Assembly: GCA_040389105.1 (NCBI GenBank)
Contig: JAZKAO010000029.1
Location: 390-64,389 of the forward strand
DNA length: 64,000 nt
Direction: 5' to 3'
Source of the DNA: Bacteroidota bacterium
GTDB lineage: Bacteria > Bacteroidota > Bacteroidia > Sphingobacteriales > Sphingobacteriaceae
Both the position numbers and the translations under genes were made by a program. Shown piece by piece: positions 1 to 8,374 of the stretch (positions are counted from its first letter, which is position 1; every line of letters begins with the position of its first letter). The notes below the pieces were generated by a model. It was not told the origin of the DNA. It saw only the letters and a list, made by a program, of their open reading frames with translations, and searched no databases.

Positions 1-584
1 ATCCATAAAGCGTTTTTCCTGACGGGGACAGATGGGAAGATAGCTGTGCCCATTTCAAAATTACTGCGGAAAGCCCGCTCGCCAAAAGATTGCTCCATCA
101 GGCTTTTGATTTGCGCCCGCTGATCGGGTGGCGATTGCGTTAGCTTACCTACAATCCGATCGAATATCAGCCCCATACTGGCCAATGCCTGCAGGTTACC
201 GGTTTTGGTAAGTACCAATGCTATCGTTTGGTTTTTAAAGGCCGCAAACGCTACCGATACCGGGTCGGCCGGGTCTACATTGTCCGAACTGTATTGTGTA
301 GTGCCTGTAGGCAATTGCATTTTAAGCGTAAGGCTTTGGTAGCGCATTTCCATATCGTACAAACTATCGCGCACGTTGGTTACGGTAAAGGCAATGCGGC
401 AGGTAATGGTAGTGTTAATGGTAGTGGTTTTGCCGTTAACCGTTTGCATTACCGATGCCGTAGCAGTAGTAAGGTTATAATAAGTAGCGCCCTTAACCAG
501 GTTTAAGGCCAGCTTAACATATTGCGCCCGGCAGACTATGGTTGATAGGAGTAGAAATAAGATTAAGCCAATGCTTTTCTTCAT
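1..584 (-). CDS. Secreted hypothetical protein, DUF6263-like (partial, runs off window start)
   Basis: Not in the ORF track. Manual translation from ATG at 584: MKKSIGLILFLLLSTIVCRAQYVKLALNLVKGATYY..., open to base 1; signal peptide followed by a beta-rich region. Confidence 0.75.
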   Translation of the reverse strand, partial: MKKSIGLILFLLLSTIVCRAQYVKLALNLVKGATYYNLTTATASVMQTVNGKTTTINTTITCRIAFTVTNVRDSLYDMEMRYQSLTLKMQLPTGTTQYSSDNVDPADPVSVAFAAFKNQTIALVLTKTGNLQALASMGLIFDRIVGKLTQSPPDQRAQIKSLMEQSFGERAFRSNFEMGTAIFPSVPVRKNALW

Positions 585-654
585 GCGCAATTTTAAGAAT
601 AATGTTTTGATGGTAGAACGTATAACAAGACATTTTTAATATAAAACTCCGCAC

Positions 655-733
655 GTCATTGCGAGGTACGAAGCAATCATCGATATGCCGAGCGGCCCTG
701 CTTGCCGATGATTGCTTCGTACCTCGCAATGAC
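655..733. repeat. REPIN-like inverted repeat, family A (GTCATTGCGAGGTACGAAGCAATC arms)
   Basis: 28 bp perfect inverted repeat 655-682 / 706-733; same arm recurs at 4784 and 47182. Confidence 0.9.
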
Positions 734-905
734 GTTTTGGGAGCAAAAAATAATTCCTGAAATTCCTGTAACATCCAAATATGGCCATCATCTAATTATC
801 GATTTCATGGCCGAGGTACACAAAATGCCATGATCATCGTTCCCGATCCGCACCTTAAGGATCACGCATAAAAAAAATTTCTAAACAATTTAATTTCTAA
901 AAAAA

Positions 906-2756
906 ATGAATGATTTAATGTATCACCTATGGTGGGCTGTGCCCGTTGTGGCCGCTTTGTTGCTTTACAAATCTGTATTGCGCGTGTTTTTTGGTATGAT
1001 CATCGTCCCCGACGATCGTATTGGCCTGGTTGTAAAAAAGTTTACCCTTTACGGGGATAACCGTATGCCCGACGGCCGTATTATTGCCACCCATGGCGAG
1101 GCCGGTATGCAGGCCAAACCACTGGCCCCGGGTTTGTACTGGCGTATGTGGCCATGGCAATATGGCATTACTATGGAAGCTTTTACCATCATAGAACAAG
1201 GCAAGCTTGGGCTGGTAAAAGCAAAGGACGGCGCACCAATGGATACCGGCCGTGTGCTGGGTAAACCGGTTGATTGCGACAAGTTTCAGGATGCGCAGGC
1301 GTTTCTTGAAAACAATGGGCAAAGGGGCCCGCAGGCGGCCTTTTTAACCCCGGGTAGCTACCGTATCAACACTTTCCTTTTTGAGATTGTGATGGTGCCT
1401 ATTACCCAGGTACACGAAAACAAGGTGGGTATTATTACCACTTTGGATGGCGAGCCTTTAGATAAGGGCGAAATTGCCGGCGGCCCTATTGCTGGTCACC
1501 GTAACTACCAGGATCCGATGGCATTTATTGAAGCCGGCGGTAAAAAGGGTTTGCAAGAGGATGTTATCCTTGCCGGTACCTATTACCTTAACCCCTGGTT
1601 TGTACTGGTGGAACAGGTGGAGATGATGCACATCCCTATTGGTTTTGTGGGCGTGGTTAACTCGTTCGTTGGTCCTGAGGGTAAAGATACCAGCGGCATG
1701 GGCTTTAAACACGGTAATATTGTTGCCCGTAACGAAAAAGGTGTTTGGAACGATCCGTTAGACCCCGGTAAGCACCCGGTGAACATTTATACCCACACGG
1801 TAGAAATTGTCCCTACAACCAACATTGTGCTGAACTGGGCCAATAGCCGCACCGAATCGCACGAGTTGGATAAAAACCTGTGTACCATAAGTGTGCGTTC
1901 ATCCGATGGTTTTACCTTTAATTTGGACGTATCGCAGATCATCCACATCCCGCACAACGAGGCACCTAAGGTAATAGCCCGTTTCGGTAACATGAAAAAC
2001 CTGGTATCGCAGGTGTTGGAGCCTACTATTGCCAACTACTTCCGTAACTCGGCGCAAAAAAGTGGTGTGATAGAGTTTTTAACCAACCGTTCGCAAAGGC
2101 AAGAGGATGCCAAGAACCAGATAGCCGCTGTATTAAGCGCTTATAACGTAGAGGGCGTAGATACGCTGATAGGCGACATTGTGCCACCGGAAGCATTGAT
2201 GAAAACCTTAACCGACCGTAAAATAGCCGAGGAAGAAAAGATGACTTACGAGATACAACGTAACGCGCAGGTAGAGCGTAAGGAATTTGAAAGCGCTAAG
2301 GCCGGTGCCGATATGCAGCCCGAGGTGGTAAAATCAACCCGCCAGGTAGAGATCAACACCCAAATGGCTGCTGCCAAGGTAGCATCGGCAAAGGGTGATG
2401 CCGAATCGAAAACGATTAACGCCAAGGCCGATGCCGAAGTGCAAACCATTAACTCCAAGGCTAACGCCTTAGCCACCGAAGTGAACGGTAACGCCGATGC
2501 TGGTAAAATTAAAGCAATAGGTTTGGCCGAAGCCGAGGTAACCAAGCAAAAAACCGAAGCCATGGGTACCGAACAATACGCCATAGTACGTGTAGCCGAA
2601 GCCCTGGCCCAAAACGGTGTAAAACTGGTGCCAGAGATATTGGTAAGCGGCCAAAACGGCGGCGGTAACGGCCTGATAGATGCCCTGATAGGCAGCGAAA
2701 TGCTGAAGAAACTGAAGGAGGAGAATGGCAAGCATGTAGTTGATAAGGCTGAATAA
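906..2756 (+). CDS. SPFH (band 7/flotillin) domain protein with N-terminal TM, four tandem beta-repeats and C-terminal coiled coil
   Basis: 616 aa ORF; SPFH core (SVRSSDGFTFNLDVSQIIHI...LEPTIANYFRN), Ala/Glu-rich flotillin-like tail. Confidence 0.85.
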   Translation: MNDLMYHLWWAVPVVAALLLYKSVLRVFFGMIIVPDDRIGLVVKKFTLYGDNRMPDGRIIATHGEAGMQAKPLAPGLYWRMWPWQYGITMEAFTIIEQGKLGLVKAKDGAPMDTGRVLGKPVDCDKFQDAQAFLENNGQRGPQAAFLTPGSYRINTFLFEIVMVPITQVHENKVGIITTLDGEPLDKGEIAGGPIAGHRNYQDPMAFIEAGGKKGLQEDVILAGTYYLNPWFVLVEQVEMMHIPIGFVGVVNSFVGPEGKDTSGMGFKHGNIVARNEKGVWNDPLDPGKHPVNIYTHTVEIVPTTNIVLNWANSRTESHELDKNLCTISVRSSDGFTFNLDVSQIIHIPHNEAPKVIARFGNMKNLVSQVLEPTIANYFRNSAQKSGVIEFLTNRSQRQEDAKNQIAAVLSAYNVEGVDTLIGDIVPPEALMKTLTDRKIAEEEKMTYEIQRNAQVERKEFESAKAGADMQPEVVKSTRQVEINTQMAAAKVASAKGDAESKTINAKADAEVQTINSKANALATEVNGNADAGKIKAIGLAEAEVTKQKTEAMGTEQYAIVRVAEALAQNGVKLVPEILVSGQNGGGNGLIDALIGSEMLKKLKEENGKHVVDKAE

Positions 2757-2789
2757 GTAAGGCTTAGTTAAAAAGGGTGGGCTTGTGCG

Positions 2790-2898
2790 ATTCCCTCCCA
2801 CAGGGAGGGTGGAGGGAGGGGTTAACAAGCGTGCATAGTGCAGAAACCCCTCCCTGCCACAACACAAGCCTCCGCACCCCCTCCCTGTGGGAGGGAAT
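2790..2898. repeat. CCCTCCC-type hairpin repeat element
   Basis: 20 bp inverted repeat ATTCCCTCCCACAGGGAGGG (2790-2809) / 2879-2898 with an inner GAGGGGTT...AACCCCTC stem. Confidence 0.8.
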
Positions 2899-2910
2899 TT
2901 AAAAAAAAAG

Positions 2911-2938
2911 AAACGGCCCCGGGTAACCGGGGCCGTTT
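2911..2938. terminator. Bidirectional intrinsic terminator
   Basis: 12 bp stem AAACGGCCCCGG-gtaa-CCGGGGCCGTTT between convergent genes. Confidence 0.8.
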
Positions 2939-2964
2939 TCCATTAAACCAAAAATAAACTATTA

Positions 2965-3282
2965 TTAACTGATGAGGGTTGATCCTTTTTGGGCGGGTTT
3001 ATGCGAACCCCACAGAATGGTTAATTGCACCGTGCGGCAATATTTTTTTGCAGCTTCGATAAAATTTTTGGTGGCAATTTCGCGGCAATCCTTTTCCAGC
3101 ATCTGGCGGTTAAACGTGCCGTACCAAACATTGTTTAATTCTTCGCCCGGGCTGGTGATGCGTGTCCAGTTGCGCTGGTTCAGCATCGCGTAAATTTCGC
3201 TGGCCTGTTCTGCAGTAGTCCCCGGGAATTCGGCACATACCATAATGTGGTTCATATTCTTGTTTTTATAAGTTAGATGCAT
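2965..3282 (-). CDS. Small hypothetical protein (start may be 3255)
   Basis: 105 aa ORF filling the gap between SPFH and DUF2130 genes and ending at the terminator; no family recognised. Confidence 0.55.
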   Translation of the reverse strand: MHLTYKNKNMNHIMVCAEFPGTTAEQASEIYAMLNQRNWTRITSPGEELNNVWYGTFNRQMLEKDCREIATKNFIEAAKKYCRTVQLTILWGSHKPAQKGSTLIS

Positions 3283-3513
3283 TGTTATAATTGTATTTCT
3301 CCTGGTTTAATAATGGCGTGCACATGGCACGCCATATTATTTTTAGAGAGGTTGATGTAGGGCCAGGTATTTGATATCAAATAACGGTATTCAAATATTA
3401 ACCCCTTTTTATTATATTGTAAAGTAAAAGCCTTTTTAGTGCAAATTTAACCGTGTTTTAACGGTATTTTTGGGGACTTTAGCGGTGCTGAATAAAACAG
3501 GATAAACAATTAA

Positions 3514-4767
3514 ATGGCAACAGAAGTAAAATGCCCGTCGTGCGGAACTGCTTTCCCTTTAGAGGAAGTAATGGCCGAGGAATATAAAAAGGACCTGCGC
3601 GTAAAAATGCAGGAGTATACCACCAAAAAGGAGCAGGAATATAGCCTGAAGCTGAATGAGTTTTTGTTGAAGGAACAGCAGCAGCAGTTGGTATTTGAAC
3701 AGCGTTTGCAAAACGAGAAGAAGACCCTGCAGCTTACCATGGAGGAGAACCTGCGCAAATCCATCTCATCGGATTATGAGAACCAATTGATGATGCTGCA
3801 AAAAGGCAAGGAAGAATCGGACGAAAAGCTGAAGCTATCCCGCCAAAAAGAACTGGAGTTTTTGCAAAAGGAACAGGCACTGAAGCAAAGGGAAGAAGAA
3901 CTGCAATTGGAAATGCAGCGCAAGCTACAGGAGCAGCGCGGCGAACTGGTAGAACAGATCCGCAAGCAGGAAGCTGAAAAATCGCAATTAAAGGATACCG
4001 AACATCTGCTGCGCCAACGCGAATTGGAAAAGCAATTGGACGACCAAAAGAAACTGGTTGACGAAATGAAGCGCAAAGCCGAACAAGGCTCCATGCAATT
4101 ACAGGGCGAAGTACAGGAACTAATATTGGAAGAACACCTGCGCAACTTTTTCCCCTTTGATGTGATTGGCGAGGTAGGCAAGGGCGTGCGTGGTGCCGAT
4201 TGTGTGCAAACCGTGCGCAACCAGTTTGGGCAGGAATGCGGCAAGATCATTTACGAAAGCAAACGCACCAAAACATTCAGCATGGAGTGGATTGAAAAGC
4301 TGAAGCGCGATATGCGCAGCATGGGCGTGGATGTGGCCGTGATAGTTACCCAATGTTATCCCAACGGTATGGACTGTTTCGGCCAGATGGATGGGGTTTG
4401 GATCTGCTCGTTTGATGAGGTAAAGGCCGTAGCTTATGTGCTGCGCGATGGGATCATCAAATTATCTAACCAAAGCAAATCGCAGGAAAACAGGGGCGAT
4501 AAAATGCACCTGCTGTACGATTACCTCACCGGATCTGAATTTTCGGAGCAATGGAAAGCTATTCGCGAGGGCTATCTTAGCATGAAAATGTCTATCCAGC
4601 GCGAACGAGATGCCATGGAAAAAATGTGGAAAGCCCGCGAAAAGCAACTGGAAAAGGTGTTGCTAAATGCCGCGCATATTAAGGGATCGATAGAGGGTAT
4701 TGCCGGCAGTGATTCGATACAGTTGAGTTTGACCGATGATGCGGATGACGCGTTGTTATTAGAATAG
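3514..4767 (+). CDS. DUF2130 family protein (CxxC, coiled coil, RmuC-like C-terminal domain)
   Basis: CPSCG at N-terminus, long E/K/Q coiled coil, QLQGEVQELILE, GADC...IIYESKRTK motifs. Confidence 0.85.
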   Translation: MATEVKCPSCGTAFPLEEVMAEEYKKDLRVKMQEYTTKKEQEYSLKLNEFLLKEQQQQLVFEQRLQNEKKTLQLTMEENLRKSISSDYENQLMMLQKGKEESDEKLKLSRQKELEFLQKEQALKQREEELQLEMQRKLQEQRGELVEQIRKQEAEKSQLKDTEHLLRQRELEKQLDDQKKLVDEMKRKAEQGSMQLQGEVQELILEEHLRNFFPFDVIGEVGKGVRGADCVQTVRNQFGQECGKIIYESKRTKTFSMEWIEKLKRDMRSMGVDVAVIVTQCYPNGMDCFGQMDGVWICSFDEVKAVAYVLRDGIIKLSNQSKSQENRGDKMHLLYDYLTGSEFSEQWKAIREGYLSMKMSIQRERDAMEKMWKAREKQLEKVLLNAAHIKGSIEGIAGSDSIQLSLTDDADDALLLE

Positions 4768-4783
4768 GTACCTATAAAAACTT

Positions 4784-5010
4784 GTCATTGCGAGGTACGA
4801 AGCAATCGCACACCCAAAGAGCGGTCTTGCATAGTTCGCGATTGCTTCGTACCTACCCATGGCAGATTTAGTGCAGGGTATCATGGTGAGCTTGTCGAAC
4901 CATGGTGGGCAGGCCTACGCACGCACCCTTCGACAGGCTCAGGATGACACCCTCCTCTCTGTCATTCAAACCTTTATAGTTCCCGCCGGGATTTGATTAC
5001 TCGCAATGAC
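4784..5010. repeat. Composite REPIN: family A element whose right arm is interrupted by a family C hairpin
   Basis: Left arm 4784-4809; right arm begins 4838-4854 and resumes as CTCGCAATGAC at 5000-5010; inside is TCATGGTGAGCTTGTCGAA (4881-4899) / TTCGACAGGCTCAGGATGA (4929-4947). Confidence 0.75.
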
Positions 5011-5018
5011 AAAATTCA

Positions 5019-6158
5019 CTACATCAACAATATATCTATCCTGTGCGCATGCACCATATTCAGCGCTGCCGACCAGGCGAATAGCGTAAAATGCCCGTCC
5101 TGGGATGCTACCATGGCCTGGGCCCCGCGCTGATCGTATACAAACTGGGCCGCTGCTAAATGCCGGGTACCACCGTTTTGGGCAGGGTGCATATATTGCG
5201 GTGTACCATCGGTAACCGGTTCGGTAACAATCATCTGGTCAACCGGGATGCTGAGTTCAGACCGGGCCACTTTCGCGCCAAAGGCCAGTAGTTCGTTATC
5301 GCGGTTTATAATGGTAGCGCCATCTACAGCCGTAAACCCGCCGATGATATCTATCGCGTTACGCAGGCTTTGTTTCCATTCCATATTACGCTCATGCTTC
5401 CCCTGTCTCAATAAATCTGCAATCACCGTATAAGGTGGATCGACCGGGTAGGAGATGGGGTGGATCACCGAGTTATGCCATTCGGTCGATCCCGTGGGAA
5501 CGATCAATACCAAACCGCCACGGTTATGCGCACGCATGGCCGTAGCCAGTTCCACCAATATATTAAACGACCCACCGGGTGCCGATGGCAACGGCATATC
5601 CAGCAGGGATTCTATCAGTTCGGGGCAATTATCAATGCTGATATTATGCTCATCCACCATTTTAATTTCATCGCCGCGCAACACACAAATATTCACAAAT
5701 TTGCCAAAGCCGTCCGTACGGCGGTGCTTAATGACTAACAGGCCCGGTTCAACCACTTCCAGCACAAAACAAATACCGGGGATTTGATGAGTAGTACCCC
5801 AAACGTGCAGGGCATCGTCATCGTACCAAACACCTAAGTGTATGCCGGGCTGCTCAACAGCTGGTGCCAGTTTGGTTAGGTTTTTGGGTGTAAGGCGTAA
5901 CTTGTTTTCAAATATCAGGGGCTTATCAGCCTGTTGCGGTGGTAAAAACGCGATGGAAATTTTAGGCGGATGCCCTTCCTCGCGCCGTAGACTGGCCCAA
6001 AAAGCGATATCTACAATAGACTCAATAACCGAAACAGAGGGCACATAGGCCAGGTCGCGCTCGTCCAATTGACGGGCAACTTCCAAATGCCTTAAAAGGT
6101 GGGCCTCAATTTTGGTGGCCACCATGCGGGCAGCCAGGTACGATGGTTCGGATAACAT
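5019..6158 (-). CDS. Putative diadenylate cyclase (DAC/DisA_N) domain protein with N-terminal DACNV-like sensor domain
   Basis: C-terminal AVDGATII and GGTRHLAA match the DAC DGA and RHR motifs; no TM segment. Confidence 0.7.
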   Translation of the reverse strand: MLSEPSYLAARMVATKIEAHLLRHLEVARQLDERDLAYVPSVSVIESIVDIAFWASLRREEGHPPKISIAFLPPQQADKPLIFENKLRLTPKNLTKLAPAVEQPGIHLGVWYDDDALHVWGTTHQIPGICFVLEVVEPGLLVIKHRRTDGFGKFVNICVLRGDEIKMVDEHNISIDNCPELIESLLDMPLPSAPGGSFNILVELATAMRAHNRGGLVLIVPTGSTEWHNSVIHPISYPVDPPYTVIADLLRQGKHERNMEWKQSLRNAIDIIGGFTAVDGATIINRDNELLAFGAKVARSELSIPVDQMIVTEPVTDGTPQYMHPAQNGGTRHLAAAQFVYDQRGAQAMVASQDGHFTLFAWSAALNMVHAHRIDILLM

Positions 6159-6247
6159 ACAGTAGAAATATACGCAAATTAGTTAACCTGTTTGTCATTA
6201 TAGTTTGGGGAGTGTAAAAAATCTCTTGACAAACTCAATTCTTTAAT

Positions 6248-6266
6248 TAACTTTGTAACTCAAAGT
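6248..6266 (+). promoter_or_regulatory. -7 promoter box overlapped by a palindromic operator
   Basis: TAACTTTG (6248-6255) fits TAnnTTTG; ACTTTG-N5-CAAAGT palindrome at 6250-6266, 10 nt before the DUF2809 start. Confidence 0.6.
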
Positions 6267-6276
6267 ACTTTTAGAT

Positions 6277-6687
6277 ATGAAATTAACATTCTCACTCCGA
6301 TACCTCATGCTTGCCGTCCTGTTATTTGTAACAGAAGTATTGATTGCGGCCTATCTGCACGATGCTGTGATCCGCCCCTACGGTGGCGATTTTTTGGTAG
6401 TGATATTGCTGTATTGTTTTGTTAAAAGCTTTATAGATACACCGGTAATGATTACGGCAATCGGGGTGTTGATATTTTCGTATATGATAGAAGTATCGCA
6501 GTATTTCCATTTTGTAGATGTGATTGGACTGGGCGAATCGAAACTGGCGGTAGTTATTTTGGGTAATTATTTTGCCTGGACTGATCTGCTGGCCTACACC
6601 TTGGGCATAGCCACGTTAATGTTATTAGAACAAATGCGGATAAAACGGAGTATTGAAAAAGTATATCAACAAGCTATAAACGATTAA
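6277..6687 (+). CDS. DUF2809 family membrane protein
   Basis: IRPYGGDFLVVILLY, IEVSQY and F.WTDLLAYTLG motifs; 3-4 TM. Confidence 0.8.
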   Translation: MKLTFSLRYLMLAVLLFVTEVLIAAYLHDAVIRPYGGDFLVVILLYCFVKSFIDTPVMITAIGVLIFSYMIEVSQYFHFVDVIGLGESKLAVVILGNYFAWTDLLAYTLGIATLMLLEQMRIKRSIEKVYQQAIND

Positions 6688-6690
6688 AAA

Positions 6691-7452
6691 ATGGCAGCTT
6701 TTGTAGATCAGGATAATATTGTGCGTAAAATATGGGGCAAAGCCGACACCATACTTTTTATATTCGCCGGTTCGGCAGCCGAGTTCGCGCTGAATAAGGC
6801 GGTAGACTGGCTGTATTTTACCGGAAAGCTACCCGCCGATCCGCTGGCGCGCTTGTTCTCGACAGTAGCTTATGCCCGGCAGATCATATTTTCAGACGAG
6901 GATGACGCTATCCGCGCCATCGATAAAATTACCGCCATACACCAGGGGGTAGAGCAGGCCCGGGGTGCGCAAATACCCGATTGGGCTTATCGCGATGTGT
7001 TGTTTATGCTGATCGGTTATTCCATCCGCTCGTTCGAATTACTGGAGCGTAAACTCACCATCCAGGAAAAAGCCGATGTGTTTGATGTGTTTAACCGCGT
7101 GGGCTTGCAAATGAAGCTGAGCGGCCTGCCCGCCAGCTACCTGCAATGGGAGCAAATGCGCGAACAGCACATGCAGCACGATATGATCAGCAGCGAATTT
7201 ACCATCGATCTGTACCGCCAATACAAAAAGCATTTGGGTTTAAACCGGTATTTTGTGTTAAGGCAGGTACAAATTATGGTAACGCCAAAGCGCGTAAGAA
7301 ACTTATTAGGTTTAAGTAATATCCCGGTGTTGCTGCCTGTATTGTTAGTTTATAAACTTTTTAAGGCGATAAAATTGGAGGGTTTATTAAAAAATGCGCT
7401 GCTGCCTTTAAAATATAAGGCACAGATCAAGTCGCTTGATTTTGCCGGGTAA
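6691..7452 (+). CDS. Oxygenase MpaB / DUF2236 (rubber oxygenase-like) family protein
   Basis: All-helical protein with DPLARLFST, ITAIHQGVE (candidate heme His) and AYRDVLFMLI. Confidence 0.7.
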   Translation: MAAFVDQDNIVRKIWGKADTILFIFAGSAAEFALNKAVDWLYFTGKLPADPLARLFSTVAYARQIIFSDEDDAIRAIDKITAIHQGVEQARGAQIPDWAYRDVLFMLIGYSIRSFELLERKLTIQEKADVFDVFNRVGLQMKLSGLPASYLQWEQMREQHMQHDMISSEFTIDLYRQYKKHLGLNRYFVLRQVQIMVTPKRVRNLLGLSNIPVLLPVLLVYKLFKAIKLEGLLKNALLPLKYKAQIKSLDFAG

Positions 7453-7455
7453 GTA

Positions 7456-8286
7456 ATGATTTTATTTCTTCGCCGTTTATGGGTATTTGGCTGGCAGCAG
7501 GCACTAGCCTGCATATTCCCGGTGCTGGTGTTTACTATGCTGGGGATCTCGCATTTGGTTTCAGGCTTTATCCCCCGGTACGATTTTATGCTGATAGCCT
7601 GTATCGGCATCCAAATTATCCTGTACAAAACCAAAATTGAAACATGGGATGAGGTGCTGGTCATCTGTATCTTTCACCTGTTGGGCTTAATGATGGAATT
7701 GTTTAAGGTGCACATTGGCTCCTGGGCATACCCCGAATTTGCCTACACCAAAATAGGTGGCGTGCCGCTATACAGTGGCTTTATGTACGCCAGTGTGGCC
7801 AGTTATCTGTGCCAGGCCTGGCGCCGGCTGGATGTGCAGATAACAAACTGGCCACCGCGCCTTACCGCACGCTTATCGGGCGCGGCTATCTATCTTAATT
7901 TTTTTAGCAATCATTTTATGCCCGATATGCGGTATGTGATCGGGCTGTTTATCCTGTACTTTTTTAGGCGTGCTACAGTGACTTTTAAGTTAGAGAACGG
8001 CATTTACCGCATGCCGGTAGTGCTGTCGTTCCTGCTCATTGGCTTCTTTATATGGATGGCCGAAAACATGGCCACGCTGCTTGGCGCATGGAAGTACGCC
8101 TATCAGCACAATAACTGGGCAATGGTTGATTGTCAAAAGATCAGTTCGTGGTTTTTCCTGGTGATTGTTAGTTTTATCATCGTGGCTGAGTTAAAAATGC
8201 TGAAGCATGATGGCGAAAAGCATGATGGCGATTTAACCACAGAGGCCACAAAGAGAGAACCACAGAGATCACAGAGCATTTTATGA
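7456..8286 (+). CDS. DUF817 family membrane protein
   Basis: RYDF, ELFKV..GSW.YP, GVPLYSGFMYASV.SY, FIW.AEN..T..GAW.Y motifs. Confidence 0.85.
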   Translation: MILFLRRLWVFGWQQALACIFPVLVFTMLGISHLVSGFIPRYDFMLIACIGIQIILYKTKIETWDEVLVICIFHLLGLMMELFKVHIGSWAYPEFAYTKIGGVPLYSGFMYASVASYLCQAWRRLDVQITNWPPRLTARLSGAAIYLNFFSNHFMPDMRYVIGLFILYFFRRATVTFKLENGIYRMPVVLSFLLIGFFIWMAENMATLLGAWKYAYQHNNWAMVDCQKISSWFFLVIVSFIIVAELKMLKHDGEKHDGDLTTEATKREPQRSQSIL

Positions 8287-8341
8287 TCTAAAACCAAACT
8301 TTGTGTTCTCTGTGAAAACCTCCGTGATCTTTGTGGTTAAA
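8232..8341. repeat. TTTAACCACA-ended element built from 9-mer (CCACARAGR) units
   Basis: Terminal IR TTTAACCACAGAG / CTTTGTGGTTAAA; second copy at 27746-27878. Confidence 0.8.
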
Positions 8342-8358
8342 TCATAACCTAATCCTAT

Positions 8359-8366
8359 TATATTTG
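8359..8366 (+). promoter_or_regulatory. -7 promoter box for the kinase-DUF3037 pair
   Basis: TATATTTG fits TAnnTTTG, 8 nt upstream of ATG 8375. Confidence 0.55.
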
Positions 8367-8374
8367 CCATCGAT

